Shown: positions 1 through 7,970 of the stretch, piece by piece
Position numbering within the stretch: position 1 is the stretch's first letter
How the letters are laid out: each line of letters opens with the position of its first letter
Assembly (NCBI GenBank): GCA_043779265.1
Contig: JAYWEM010000165.1
Location: 1-16,597 of the forward strand
DNA: 16,597 nt
Reading direction: 5' to 3'
Source of the DNA: a bacterium
GTDB taxonomy: Bacteria > Eisenbacteria > RBG-16-71-46
Notes under the pieces: generated by a model
Databases searched by the model: none
The model's input: the letters and a program-made list of their open reading frames with translations, nothing else
Told to the model about the DNA's origin: nothing
Made by a program: the position numbers and the translations under genes

Positions 1-51
1 GGTGCAGACCCTGCCCCCTGTTCATCGGCAACTTCGTGAATCGCCTTCAGT

Positions 52-783
52 TCAGACCTTGGTGACGGTTGCGGCCTGATTCCCCTTGGGCCCGGGCACG
101 ATATCGAACTCCACGCGATCCCCTTCGACCAGCGAACGGAACCCGTCCGAGGCGATGGCGGAGAAGTGGACGAAGATATCCTCGCCGGTGTCCGTGGCGA
201 TGAAACCGAAGCCCTTGGCGTCATTGAACCACTTCACGACGCCCTGCTGACGGCCCTCGCTGGAGACCGGTGCCTGCGGTCGCGGACGCTGTTCGCCGCC
301 GCCGCCGCCGCCGTGGCCACCGCCATGTCCGTGACCACCACGATCACCGCGCTCGCCGCCGCCGCCGGTGCCCTTCGAGGCGTTGAAGCAGTCGCGGCAG
401 AGCACTGGTCGGCCCGAGGTCGGCTGGAACGGCACCTGGGTCTCGATGCCGCACTGCGAGCAGATCGCGTCATGCATCGGACGCTGTCCACCGCCGCCGC
501 CGCCGTACCCGCCGCCTCCACCACCTCCGTAGCCACCGCCTCCACCACCACCGCCGTAGCCACGGCCACCACCTCCGTAGCCGCCACCGCCGCCACCGCC
601 ACCGTAGCCACCGCCACCACCGCCGCCGTCGCGGCCCTGCTTGCGTGCATCTCGGCAACCCTTGCAGCGCGTGGGCTGATTCGTCAGCCCGCGCTCACGG
701 TAGAAGGCCTGCTCACCTGAGGTGAACAGGAAGTCCTGCCCGCAATCCACACAGGTGATGCTCTTGTCCTCTCCCATTGACAT
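52..783 (-). CDS. Zinc-ribbon (zf-trcl-like) + CxxC-x17-CxxC + cold-shock domain fusion protein with Gly-rich linkers (243 aa)
   Basis: N-terminal [35 protein letters not shown], central [22 protein letters not shown], and C-terminal [27 protein letters not shown] with RNP1/RNP2. Start moved from 855 to the ATG at 783 (777 is an alternative) because GGAGG lies at 800-796. Confidence 0.92.
   Translation of the reverse strand: MSMGEDKSITCVDCGQDFLFTSGEQAFYRERGLTNQPTRCKGCRDARKQGRDGGGGGGGYGGGGGGGGYGGGGRGYGGGGGGGGYGGGGGGGYGGGGGGQRPMHDAICSQCGIETQVPFQPTSGRPVLCRDCFNASKGTGGGGERGDRGGHGHGGGHGGGGGGEQRPRPQAPVSSEGRQQGVVKWFNDAKGFGFIATDTGEDIFVHFSAIASDGFRSLVEGDRVEFDIVPGPKGNQAATVTKV
488..630 (-). repeat. Low-complexity (Gly)n-Tyr coding repeat (GGN-rich), five YGGGG units
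   Basis: Plus strand reads ccgccgccg/ccaccgcc/ccgtagcc repeats, translating to [51 protein letters not shown]. Confidence 0.9.
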
Positions 784-839
784 GGCGCGCTGCTGCCTCC
801 GGTACGACGAGTGGGACACGGCTGGGCGAGAACACGAAT

Positions 840-865
840 GCCTCAGCAGGCACACCTGCTGAGGC
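840..865. other. Perfect 11-bp inverted repeat (hairpin) in the putative 5' UTR of the cold-shock fusion gene
   Basis: GCCTCAGCAGG-caca-CCTGCTGAGGC, with no U-tract on either side. Confidence 0.8.
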
Positions 866-980
866 GACTCAGGCGACGAGGCGTACGATCACGGCCATCA
901 GGTTCGACTCAGGATGCACAGGCGATCTCTGGCACGTCTTGCACTCGAGGGAACTGCCCACGGACGGTGCTGCGGAGGGA

Positions 981-1010
981 AGTATCCCGGCCCGTGGAGG
1001 CGAGAGTCAA
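981..1010 (-). promoter_or_regulatory. Putative sigma70 promoter for the cold-shock fusion gene
   Basis: Minus strand TTGACT (1010-1005) - N18 - GATACT (986-981); the -35 overlaps the upstream gene's stop codon. Confidence 0.55.
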
Positions 1011-1885
1011 TACGTGGTTTTCAGGCCCCGGACCGGCCCCGAATCGCCCCTGAAACGCTCCGGGCGGCACAGAGCGTGCAGGATCTCGGCCATCGTGAGG
1101 ACATCCAGCAGGTTGTGGTGGAACACCGGGACCAGCTTCCGGGCCTCTCCCTGCGCCACATAGTCATGGTAGAGCTGCGGCACCTCGGCACTCGGGACGT
1201 CGCCCGAGCGGTCCCGGCGGCAGATGTGCCGCTCGAGTGTCTGCAGCCGGCAGTCGGGAAGCGTCGCCTTCCAACGTCGCCTCGAGGCATGCAGCAGGTC
1301 GAGGTGCTGGGCCGGCAGCGTCAGGTCGACCAGGTGCGCGGTCGCGCGCGAGACCAGCTGCGGACCATCGAACGAGCGACCGTTGAACGTGACGAGGGCA
1401 TCGAAGCCCCGTGCCTGCTCGGCCACCGCGGCCACGAGCCCGGCCTCCTCGCCGTAGTGCCGCGCGAAATACTGGCGCAGCACGAAGTCCTCACCGTTCC
1501 AATGCATCGTGCCGGCGAGGAACACCATGCTGCCACCGAGTCCGCACGTCTCGAGGTCGAGGAACAGTGCGCGCTCGAGCCCGCCCGCGGCAATGGCCCG
1601 GAGGAGCGGCTCGCTCTCGGGCGGAGTCGGGAGACGGCCCCAGTGCGGCTTCGGCTTCTCGATCGCCGAGCGCAGTCGCTCATGTACGTACACCGCACCG
1701 TGGCGCTCATGACGCCACTCGCCGCCCGAGAGGAACTCCTCGACTCCGGAGTCCACGCCGCGTGTGACGGCGGCGCGTCGGCGCGAACGCGGCTTGGCCG
1801 CCTGGGCGGACTCGCTCGTTGCATCGCTCCCCGATCGGCGCTGCCGAACGAGTTCTCCGAGTCGGGAGCGAAGCCCGTCGCGCAT
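1007..1885 (-). CDS. mrfB: YprB/MrfB-family RNase H-like (RNase_H_2) DEDD 3'-5' exonuclease (292 aa)
   Basis: Motifs LFLDLETCGL, VTFNGRSFDGP, HLDLL, LQTLE and HHNLLDVL match the YprB RNase H-like family. An MrfA-type helicase lies in the same window. The symbol is a family-level call. Confidence 0.85.
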   Translation of the reverse strand: MRDGLRSRLGELVRQRRSGSDATSESAQAAKPRSRRRAAVTRGVDSGVEEFLSGGEWRHERHGAVYVHERLRSAIEKPKPHWGRLPTPPESEPLLRAIAAGGLERALFLDLETCGLGGSMVFLAGTMHWNGEDFVLRQYFARHYGEEAGLVAAVAEQARGFDALVTFNGRSFDGPQLVSRATAHLVDLTLPAQHLDLLHASRRRWKATLPDCRLQTLERHICRRDRSGDVPSAEVPQLYHDYVAQGEARKLVPVFHHNLLDVLTMAEILHALCRPERFRGDSGPVRGLKTTY

Positions 1886-1889
1886 CGCG

Positions 1890-2648
1890 CTACTCGACTC
1901 GCTCGCTCATCAGCACGAGTCGGCGGCTCTCGGTCGTGAGCGGCTCGCCCGCGATGCTCCCCGACACCTGGCGCACGGCGAAACCATGGCGCCGCAACAG
2001 CGCCGAGAGTTCCGCGCAAGTGTAGGCGCGCAGTGTGTACTCCTTGGTGACCTGGGGCCCGCCCGTGGGGTCGATCAGCATCTGTCGCGACATCACCCGC
2101 GAGGATTCCAGGTCGAGGGTGGTCTCCTCCATCAGCAGCGCACCGTCGGATCGCTGCTGCCACGTCCGTTGCTGCGGGTGCGTGAGCAGCCAATCGCGAT
2201 TCATCACGTCGAGCAGGAAGCGCCCCCTCGGCTCGAGCACGCCCGCCACCTGTTCGAGCACGAGTTCGTTGTCGTCATCGCTGAAGTAGCCGAACGAGGT
2301 GAAGTACGAGTACACGCCGTGGAATCGCCCGATGTCCTGGAGCGCGCGCATGTCGCCCGGCTTCCAGGTGACCTCGGCGCCCGCGCTCTGCGCGTCCTCC
2401 GCCGCGATCGCGAGGTACTTGGCGTTGAAGTCGAGGCCGGTGACGCGGAACCCGCGACGCGCCATCGCCACCGCATGACGTCCGAACCCGCAGGCCAGGT
2501 CGAGCACGTCGCCGCCTTGCGGCAGCGCCAGCGACCTCTCGATGAAATCGACCTCGGCGGCCGTGGTGGCCTCGGTGAACTGGGGCCGGTAGATGCGGAG
2601 ATAGTCGTCATCGAAGAATGCGACCGGCCATTCGGGCTGGGTCGACAT
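1890..2648 (-). CDS. Class I SAM-dependent methyltransferase (252 aa)
   Basis: Motif I VLDLACGFGRH, then VTGLDF, GDMR, FTSFGYF and LEPRGRFLLD. Start set at ATG 2648 (MSTQPEW) with GAGG upstream. The stop is 4 nt from the exonuclease start. Confidence 0.9.
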   Translation of the reverse strand: MSTQPEWPVAFFDDDYLRIYRPQFTEATTAAEVDFIERSLALPQGGDVLDLACGFGRHAVAMARRGFRVTGLDFNAKYLAIAAEDAQSAGAEVTWKPGDMRALQDIGRFHGVYSYFTSFGYFSDDDNELVLEQVAGVLEPRGRFLLDVMNRDWLLTHPQQRTWQQRSDGALLMEETTLDLESSRVMSRQMLIDPTGGPQVTKEYTLRAYTCAELSALLRRHGFAVRQVSGSIAGEPLTTESRRLVLMSERVE

Positions 2649-2776
2649 GCGGAGGGCCTCACGAGATGGGGGATCGGCGAGAGTGCGACGGGACCGGCGA
2701 TGATAGTCGGCCCGGGCACGGATGGGCAGCATCCTCCCAACGGCGGCGAGGGCCACGCCATGATGGATGAATTCAG

Positions 2777-2805
2777 TTGAAAGAGGTCCAGCGGGCGCGC
2801 AATCT
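2777..2805 (+). promoter_or_regulatory. Putative sigma70 promoter of the large repeat protein gene
   Basis: TTGAAA (2777-2782) - N17 - CAATCT (2800-2805) in the divergent intergenic region; GGAG RBS at 2844-2847. Confidence 0.45.
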
Positions 2806-2852
2806 CTGGGACCTCGAAGTGGAGTCCGCCTTCGCCACGGCTCGGAGACCAG

Positions 2853-5800
2853 ATGCGTTTCGCTTCCGCCGTTCGCACGATCTGCCTCGCTCTGCTGACC
2901 GCGCTTCCCGTCAGCACTGCCCAGGCGCAGGTGCGCATCCAAGAGGTCCTGCTCGTCTGTGCCGACGGGTTCCCACAGGCGACCTTCGTCGAACTGTTGT
3001 GCACGAGCCCGACCCAACGTCTCGATTCATCCATCCGACTCCGCGTCTACAACTCGGACGGGTCGCTCCGGATGAATCTGGGGCTCTCCAACTCACCCCC
3101 CGGACCGCTCTGGGGTGAGGGGCGCACCTTCCTGTTCGCAAGCTCGGGCTTCGAGTTCACGACCGGTGTTCCGCCGGACGCGGTGATGGGGATGAGCCTT
3201 CCCGGAACCGCCGGATCGATCCGTGTCATCTGGGTTCATCCGATGACGGGAGTCGAGTCCGTACTCGACTGGCTCGACTACAGCCCGGGCGGACTCGCCC
3301 AGGCACCTCAACCTGGCCGCTCGCTCACGCGCGACGCATTCGGGCGCTGGACCGAGTCGGCCGATGTCTCACCGACCAACCTGGCGGGCGTTCAGGCGAG
3401 CGCGCCGCAGTGCTTCTCGATCACCCCGCCGCACGCGAGGATCCGCGAGGTCCAATGGCAGTGCCCGGAAGGGGGCCTGTCGAGCCAGTTCCTCGAACTG
3501 GCTCCGCGCGTGGGAGCCTCACGCTTCGATCGCCTCATCGGCGTACGTGCCACGGACCGCAATGGCACGCTCCTCTTCGAGCGCACCGACTTGTTCGGTA
3601 CGGAGACAGGTCGTGTCTGGGAGCCTGGCACGCCATGGCTCATGGGCCATGCGGCACTCCGCACGGCGCAAGGGGCAACGGCGGACATCGTGCTGCCCGT
3701 GGCGCTCGACACGCTCGCGGGACGGATCGACCTCTACTGGATGCGCACTCCGTCGGAGCGCATCGGGCTGGACTCGATTCTCTATGGCCCCGGGACCATC
3801 GAAGTGCCGCCGCCTGGCAGCTCGCTCCAGATCTCCGACGTCGGGTACACCGTCTCGGTGCCGTCGCCGCAGAACCACTCCCTCGCGCTGCTCACGGACC
3901 AGCGTTGCGGCCGGCCCGATCCGATCCCTCTCACCGTGTCGGAGTTCACGCTCCAGTGCCTCGACGGCGGAACCGGCCGCGCATTCGTCGAGGCGATCGG
4001 GCTCGGCGCCTCGCCCACCTGGGCGCGCGACGTGGTGCTCGAACTCCGCGGTCGCGGAGGCGAGTTGCTCGAACGCGTCGAGGACCCCTTCGCGGGCCTC
4101 GGCACGGCGCGCCTCGCGAGCGGCCAACACTGGCTGATCGGTTCTCCCACGTGGCGAAGCGCGAGCGGCCAGGGCCCCGACCACGTGCGGACGCTCAACC
4201 CCGACACGTTGTCGGGCGAGATCCGGGTGCTGGCCTGGGATCGACTCGGCCAGCTGACGCCTCAGCGCGTGATCCCCTACGGCACGATCCAACAGCCTCG
4301 ACCGGGGCCGGGTGGTTCTCTGGTCCTCTCGGGCGAGTCCCACGTGCCGCAGTCGCCGCCCACGCCCACGACGCGGTCGGGCGCGCTGCTCTCGAATCAC
4401 GACTGTCGCCGTCCGATCACGAGCCGCGTACGGATCTCCGAGTTCCAACTGATGTGCACTTCGGGCGAGGCGCGCGGTCAGTTCGTGGAGCTCATTGCCA
4501 TGAGTGAGGGCGAATCGTTCGACCCCGAACTCTCCGTCCGGATCTTCGATCGAAACGGAGTGCTCACGGGGCAGTACTCGGTCACGCCGCCCTCCCTGGG
4601 AAGTCCGTGGTCCGCGGGACGGCGCTGGCTGCTCGCTCGGCCGGAGTACGCGCTCGGGTTCGACCGGCGGCCCGACCGCGACCTCATGAGCCTGCTCGAT
4701 CCGGTCGCAGGACGGATCGATCTCGTTGGCCGCTCCGGCAGTGTCGCCGCGGTGCTCCATTCCGTGAGTTACGGCGGCACGTCGCCCGCGCCTCCACCCG
4801 GTGCCAGCCTGGAATCGCTCGATGGCGAGTCCTTCAGTGTCCAGATCGAGCCCAGCCCGACCAATCACGCAGGCGTGCGGTTGTCGGCGTCAGCGTGCCT
4901 TGGCCCGGCGCCGTCGCTGGGTCTCAGCGAGTTCCTGACGGGATGCGCCAGTGGCGAGTCGGTGAGCCTCGTCGAGCTGACGGTGTTCGGCTCGGGCGTT
5001 GCGGCGGACAACACGCTGCACCTGCGGACGTACGATGCGGCGGGAGATCTCCTCTGGGAGACACCGCTCACGCTCGGTGTTCCCAGCGAGCAGATGCTCG
5101 GCGTGGGCAGCCGCTGGCTGCTCGCCGACGACGCAGCGAGCACGCGACTCTCGCTGGTACGCGACCAGCAACTCCCGGTTGCGCTCGATCCCGCGGGCGG
5201 CCGACTCGCGATCGTGCGCCGCAACCTGCTCGGCTCGGTCACGCTGGACTCGGTCGCGTACGGCTCGGGTGCACTCCCAGCGCCGACCCCGGGGATCTCG
5301 CTGGCGCGCGCCGCGGGAGGGGCATGGGCTGCGTCGACTCCGGACTTCGCGAGCCGCAATGGAACGAGAGTCGCGAGTGTCGGCTGCTTCGATCAGTCGC
5401 TCGCCCAGGTCCGGCTGCAGTCGATCTCGCTCCAGTGCGCCGACGGCGGCACCGCGACCCAGTTCATCCATCTGATCTCAGAGGGCTCGGGGCTCGAGTT
5501 CTTCTCCGAATTGCTCATCCGCATCCTGGATCGCAATGGCGAGATCATCCGCGAGCTGACGCGCCCGTTCGGAGAATCCACGGGGCAACCGTGGCTCCAA
5601 GGAACGTCGTGGGCGATGACCGCGCATGACTACCGCAAACTCGGCTGTCTTCCCGCGCCCGATTTCACGTTCGAGCCCGAGCTCGATCTCGTGGCCGGTG
5701 CGGTGCAGGTCGTCGTGCGCTATCCCTCGCACGAGACCGTGCTCGACGAATTGCGCTATGGACTCACCGGCGAACCTCCGGCGCCCCCTCCCGGTCAGTC

Positions 5801-7961
5801 GCTCACCTGGAACGGCATCGCGTACGTGCTCGACGCATCGCCCGAGCTCTTCAACCGCCGCGACACCGATCTGCCGCTCCAGATCTGCGCCCCGGATGAA
5901 CGCATCGCCACGATCACCGCGGCGGGACTCGGCTGCGTGGGCGGCAATGCGCTCGGCCAGTTCATCGAGTTGCGCGCCGAGAACGCGACTCTCTACGACC
6001 GCAGGATGGCACTCGAGGTCTTCGACATCGCCGGGGCGCTGGTGTGGAGGAGCACCGACCTCGTTCTGTGGTTCGATGGCATGCCATGGCCCGCCGGTCG
6101 GCACCACCTCGTCGGGCACACCCTGCAGGCCGTCACGCTCGGCCGCTGCGTGGACTCGTACATGCCCGCGGTGCTTCCCGCCGGCGGCGGCGTGATCGAG
6201 TTGGTTGTGCGCGAGCCCCGTTGCCGCCGCGTGCTCAGTCGATTCGACTACCGTCCGCTCGCCGCCTCGACGCTCCCCGGGCAGGGGTGGAGGCGCATGT
6301 CGGATGGCTCCATCGCGATCGACCCGGCCCCGCGGCCCAAGTGCACGAGTGGCGACTCCACGTCGATCGTCCCCTGCTATGACCTGCCGACGACGAGTCG
6401 GGCCGTGGTCCAGGAGATGCTGCTGCAGGACGTCGCCGGTGCGACATCGTCCCAGTTCATCGAGTTGAGTTCGAGCGGCGCTGGCGAACTATTCGATGGC
6501 AACGTGGGCCTTCGCACGTTCGATCGAAACGGTGTTCTGCTGCAGGACGTGTTGCCCGAACAGCTCCCGCTCGCGAGCGGGCTCTGGCTGCCCGGGCGCA
6601 CGCGGCTGCTGGAACGAGGCACCTTCATCGGCGCGCCCTCGCTTCGACTGCTCGCGGCGCTCGACACGCTCGCCGGCGCGATCGAGGTCACGCACCGAAG
6701 CGGCGGCGCGACCTCCGTGCGCCAGCGGCTGACTTATGGCGCCGGCGGCGAGGTGACGGCACCGACGCTCGGGCGGTCGATCCAGCGCCTGCCGGATGGC
6801 GCGTATTCGAGCGATGCCTCGCCCAGTCCGCAGTCGGGTGACACCACGCGATTCTCGCCCGCGATCCACGCCGGTTGCGGCTCGGGCGTTCTCTACAACG
6901 CGTCCGGACTGGGTGTCGAGCACGCGGGCCTGCCTGTCTATGCGCGATCCCACGTGGGAATGCCCGTGACGCTCGGCTACGACCTGCAACGTGGCCGGGT
7001 CTGGGCGGACGTCGGTCCGGATCGCTCCGCGAGCGCGCTCGCGAGGGACTCGTTCATCGTGTGGGTGCCCGAGCCCGCACCCGCGACGATCGACGTGCTG
7101 GTGCGCGTGAGAGCCGAGATGACCATCGCGTGCGCGGGCATGGAGTGCGGACAGGGCTCGGTCACCGTGACCTGGGCCAGCAGCACCGTGTCCCACACGC
7201 TCCAGCGCACATCGGACGGCGGGCATCAGGTGGACTATATCCTCACAGTGGTTCCGAACGTGCCATTCCACCTGCAGTTCCTGGTCCAGACGCGATCGAC
7301 GCACTGTCTCGGCCCGTGGGCGTCGGTTCGCGGCATGGCACGCTGGGCGATCCATGATCTACCTGCGGAGGCTTCGGTCACCTCGTGTGCCGGCTACACG
7401 CCCGGCGACCCCACGGCGGCACAGCTCGCGCTCCTCTCGGCCGAGGCGTTCGCCGAGCGCAACGTACTGGCGTGGCAGGTCAGCACTTCTGCGGGCTTCG
7501 TCGCGCTGCTGGAGCGACGAGCGGCGGAGTCGGACTGGCTGCCGATCGCCGAACTCATGCCCGATGGCAGTGGCGTGCTGCGCTATGAGGACACCGATGT
7601 CCGCCCCGGAACGCGGCATGCGTACCGACTGCGCTGGACGGACCCGGATGTCGGCGTTCAGCTGACGCCCGAGGTCGTGCTCGTGACGCCGAGCGCGCTT
7701 CGATTCGCGCTGCATGCGATCCACCCGAATCCTGCGGTGGATGGTTTCGCCGTCGAACTCGAGCTGGCCGAGCCCGGCGACGTCGTGTTCGAGGTGCTCG
7801 ATATCGCGGGACGGCGCGTGATGCGTCACTCGACGAGGCGTGAAGCCGGGCGGCAGCAGATCCGGCTCGAAGGTTCGGCAGGATTGCCGACCGGCTCCTA
7901 CGTCGTGCGCGTCCGGCAGGGCGAACGCAGCGCGACCAAGCGCGTCATCGTCGCGCGCTGA
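2853..7961 (+). CDS. Large secreted protein: signal peptide, eight tandem ~165-aa lamin-tail-like repeats, one beta-rich domain, and a T9SS type A/FlgD-Ig-like C-terminal module (1702 aa)
   Basis: Signal peptide ending AQA|Q. Repeats begin xRIxE....C..G....QFxEL and end PxPGxSL...SPxN...C. C-terminus FALHAIHPNP..EVLDIAGRRV..LPTGSYVVRVRQG..TKRVIVAR. Confidence 0.85.
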   Translation: MRFASAVRTICLALLTALPVSTAQAQVRIQEVLLVCADGFPQATFVELLCTSPTQRLDSSIRLRVYNSDGSLRMNLGLSNSPPGPLWGEGRTFLFASSGFEFTTGVPPDAVMGMSLPGTAGSIRVIWVHPMTGVESVLDWLDYSPGGLAQAPQPGRSLTRDAFGRWTESADVSPTNLAGVQASAPQCFSITPPHARIREVQWQCPEGGLSSQFLELAPRVGASRFDRLIGVRATDRNGTLLFERTDLFGTETGRVWEPGTPWLMGHAALRTAQGATADIVLPVALDTLAGRIDLYWMRTPSERIGLDSILYGPGTIEVPPPGSSLQISDVGYTVSVPSPQNHSLALLTDQRCGRPDPIPLTVSEFTLQCLDGGTGRAFVEAIGLGASPTWARDVVLELRGRGGELLERVEDPFAGLGTARLASGQHWLIGSPTWRSASGQGPDHVRTLNPDTLSGEIRVLAWDRLGQLTPQRVIPYGTIQQPRPGPGGSLVLSGESHVPQSPPTPTTRSGALLSNHDCRRPITSRVRISEFQLMCTSGEARGQFVELIAMSEGESFDPELSVRIFDRNGVLTGQYSVTPPSLGSPWSAGRRWLLARPEYALGFDRRPDRDLMSLLDPVAGRIDLVGRSGSVAAVLHSVSYGGTSPAPPPGASLESLDGESFSVQIEPSPTNHAGVRLSASACLGPAPSLGLSEFLTGCASGESVSLVELTVFGSGVAADNTLHLRTYDAAGDLLWETPLTLGVPSEQMLGVGSRWLLADDAASTRLSLVRDQQLPVALDPAGGRLAIVRRNLLGSVTLDSVAYGSGALPAPTPGISLARAAGGAWAASTPDFASRNGTRVASVGCFDQSLAQVRLQSISLQCADGGTATQFIHLISEGSGLEFFSELLIRILDRNGEIIRELTRPFGESTGQPWLQGTSWAMTAHDYRKLGCLPAPDFTFEPELDLVAGAVQVVVRYPSHETVLDELRYGLTGEPPAPPPGQSLTWNGIAYVLDASPELFNRRDTDLPLQICAPDERIATITAAGLGCVGGNALGQFIELRAENATLYDRRMALEVFDIAGALVWRSTDLVLWFDGMPWPAGRHHLVGHTLQAVTLGRCVDSYMPAVLPAGGGVIELVVREPRCRRVLSRFDYRPLAASTLPGQGWRRMSDGSIAIDPAPRPKCTSGDSTSIVPCYDLPTTSRAVVQEMLLQDVAGATSSQFIELSSSGAGELFDGNVGLRTFDRNGVLLQDVLPEQLPLASGLWLPGRTRLLERGTFIGAPSLRLLAALDTLAGAIEVTHRSGGATSVRQRLTYGAGGEVTAPTLGRSIQRLPDGAYSSDASPSPQSGDTTRFSPAIHAGCGSGVLYNASGLGVEHAGLPVYARSHVGMPVTLGYDLQRGRVWADVGPDRSASALARDSFIVWVPEPAPATIDVLVRVRAEMTIACAGMECGQGSVTVTWASSTVSHTLQRTSDGGHQVDYILTVVPNVPFHLQFLVQTRSTHCLGPWASVRGMARWAIHDLPAEASVTSCAGYTPGDPTAAQLALLSAEAFAERNVLAWQVSTSAGFVALLERRAAESDWLPIAELMPDGSGVLRYEDTDVRPGTRHAYRLRWTDPDVGVQLTPEVVLVTPSALRFALHAIHPNPAVDGFAVELELAEPGDVVFEVLDIAGRRVMRHSTRREAGRQQIRLEGSAGLPTGSYVVRVRQGERSATKRVIVAR
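2931..6870 (+). repeat. Eight diverged tandem protein-domain repeats (~495 nt period)
   Basis: Repeat starts at 2931, 3435, 3930, 4428, 4917, 5409, 5907 and 6402 (163-168 aa apart). Shared motifs: QFxEL, xRxxDRNG, W..G..WL, LD..AG.I, LD...YG, PxPGxSL. Confidence 0.88.
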
Positions 7962-7970
7962 GCCGATTCG

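Noticed and set aside
1..25. Possible first arm of a terminator hairpin after the cold-shock gene (minus strand AGGGGGCAGGGTC)
   Set aside because: The complementary arm would lie outside the window, so it cannot be verified.
488..630. Possible CRISPR array or non-coding tandem repeat
   Set aside because: There is no repeat-spacer structure; it is in-frame Gly/Tyr coding sequence.
840..865. Intrinsic terminator for the MTase-exonuclease operon
   Set aside because: The stem is strong but has no U-tract on either strand, and it lies downstream of a candidate promoter. It is treated as a leader structure, though termination cannot be excluded.
2649..3017. N-terminal extension of the methyltransferase ORF
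   Set aside because: It crosses the divergent promoter region and the start of the plus-strand gene. Family-like sequence begins at MSTQPEW (2648).
2853..7961. Mobile element carrying the repeat gene
   Set aside because: No transposase, integrase, terminal inverted repeats or target-site duplication were seen, and base composition looks similar to the flanks.
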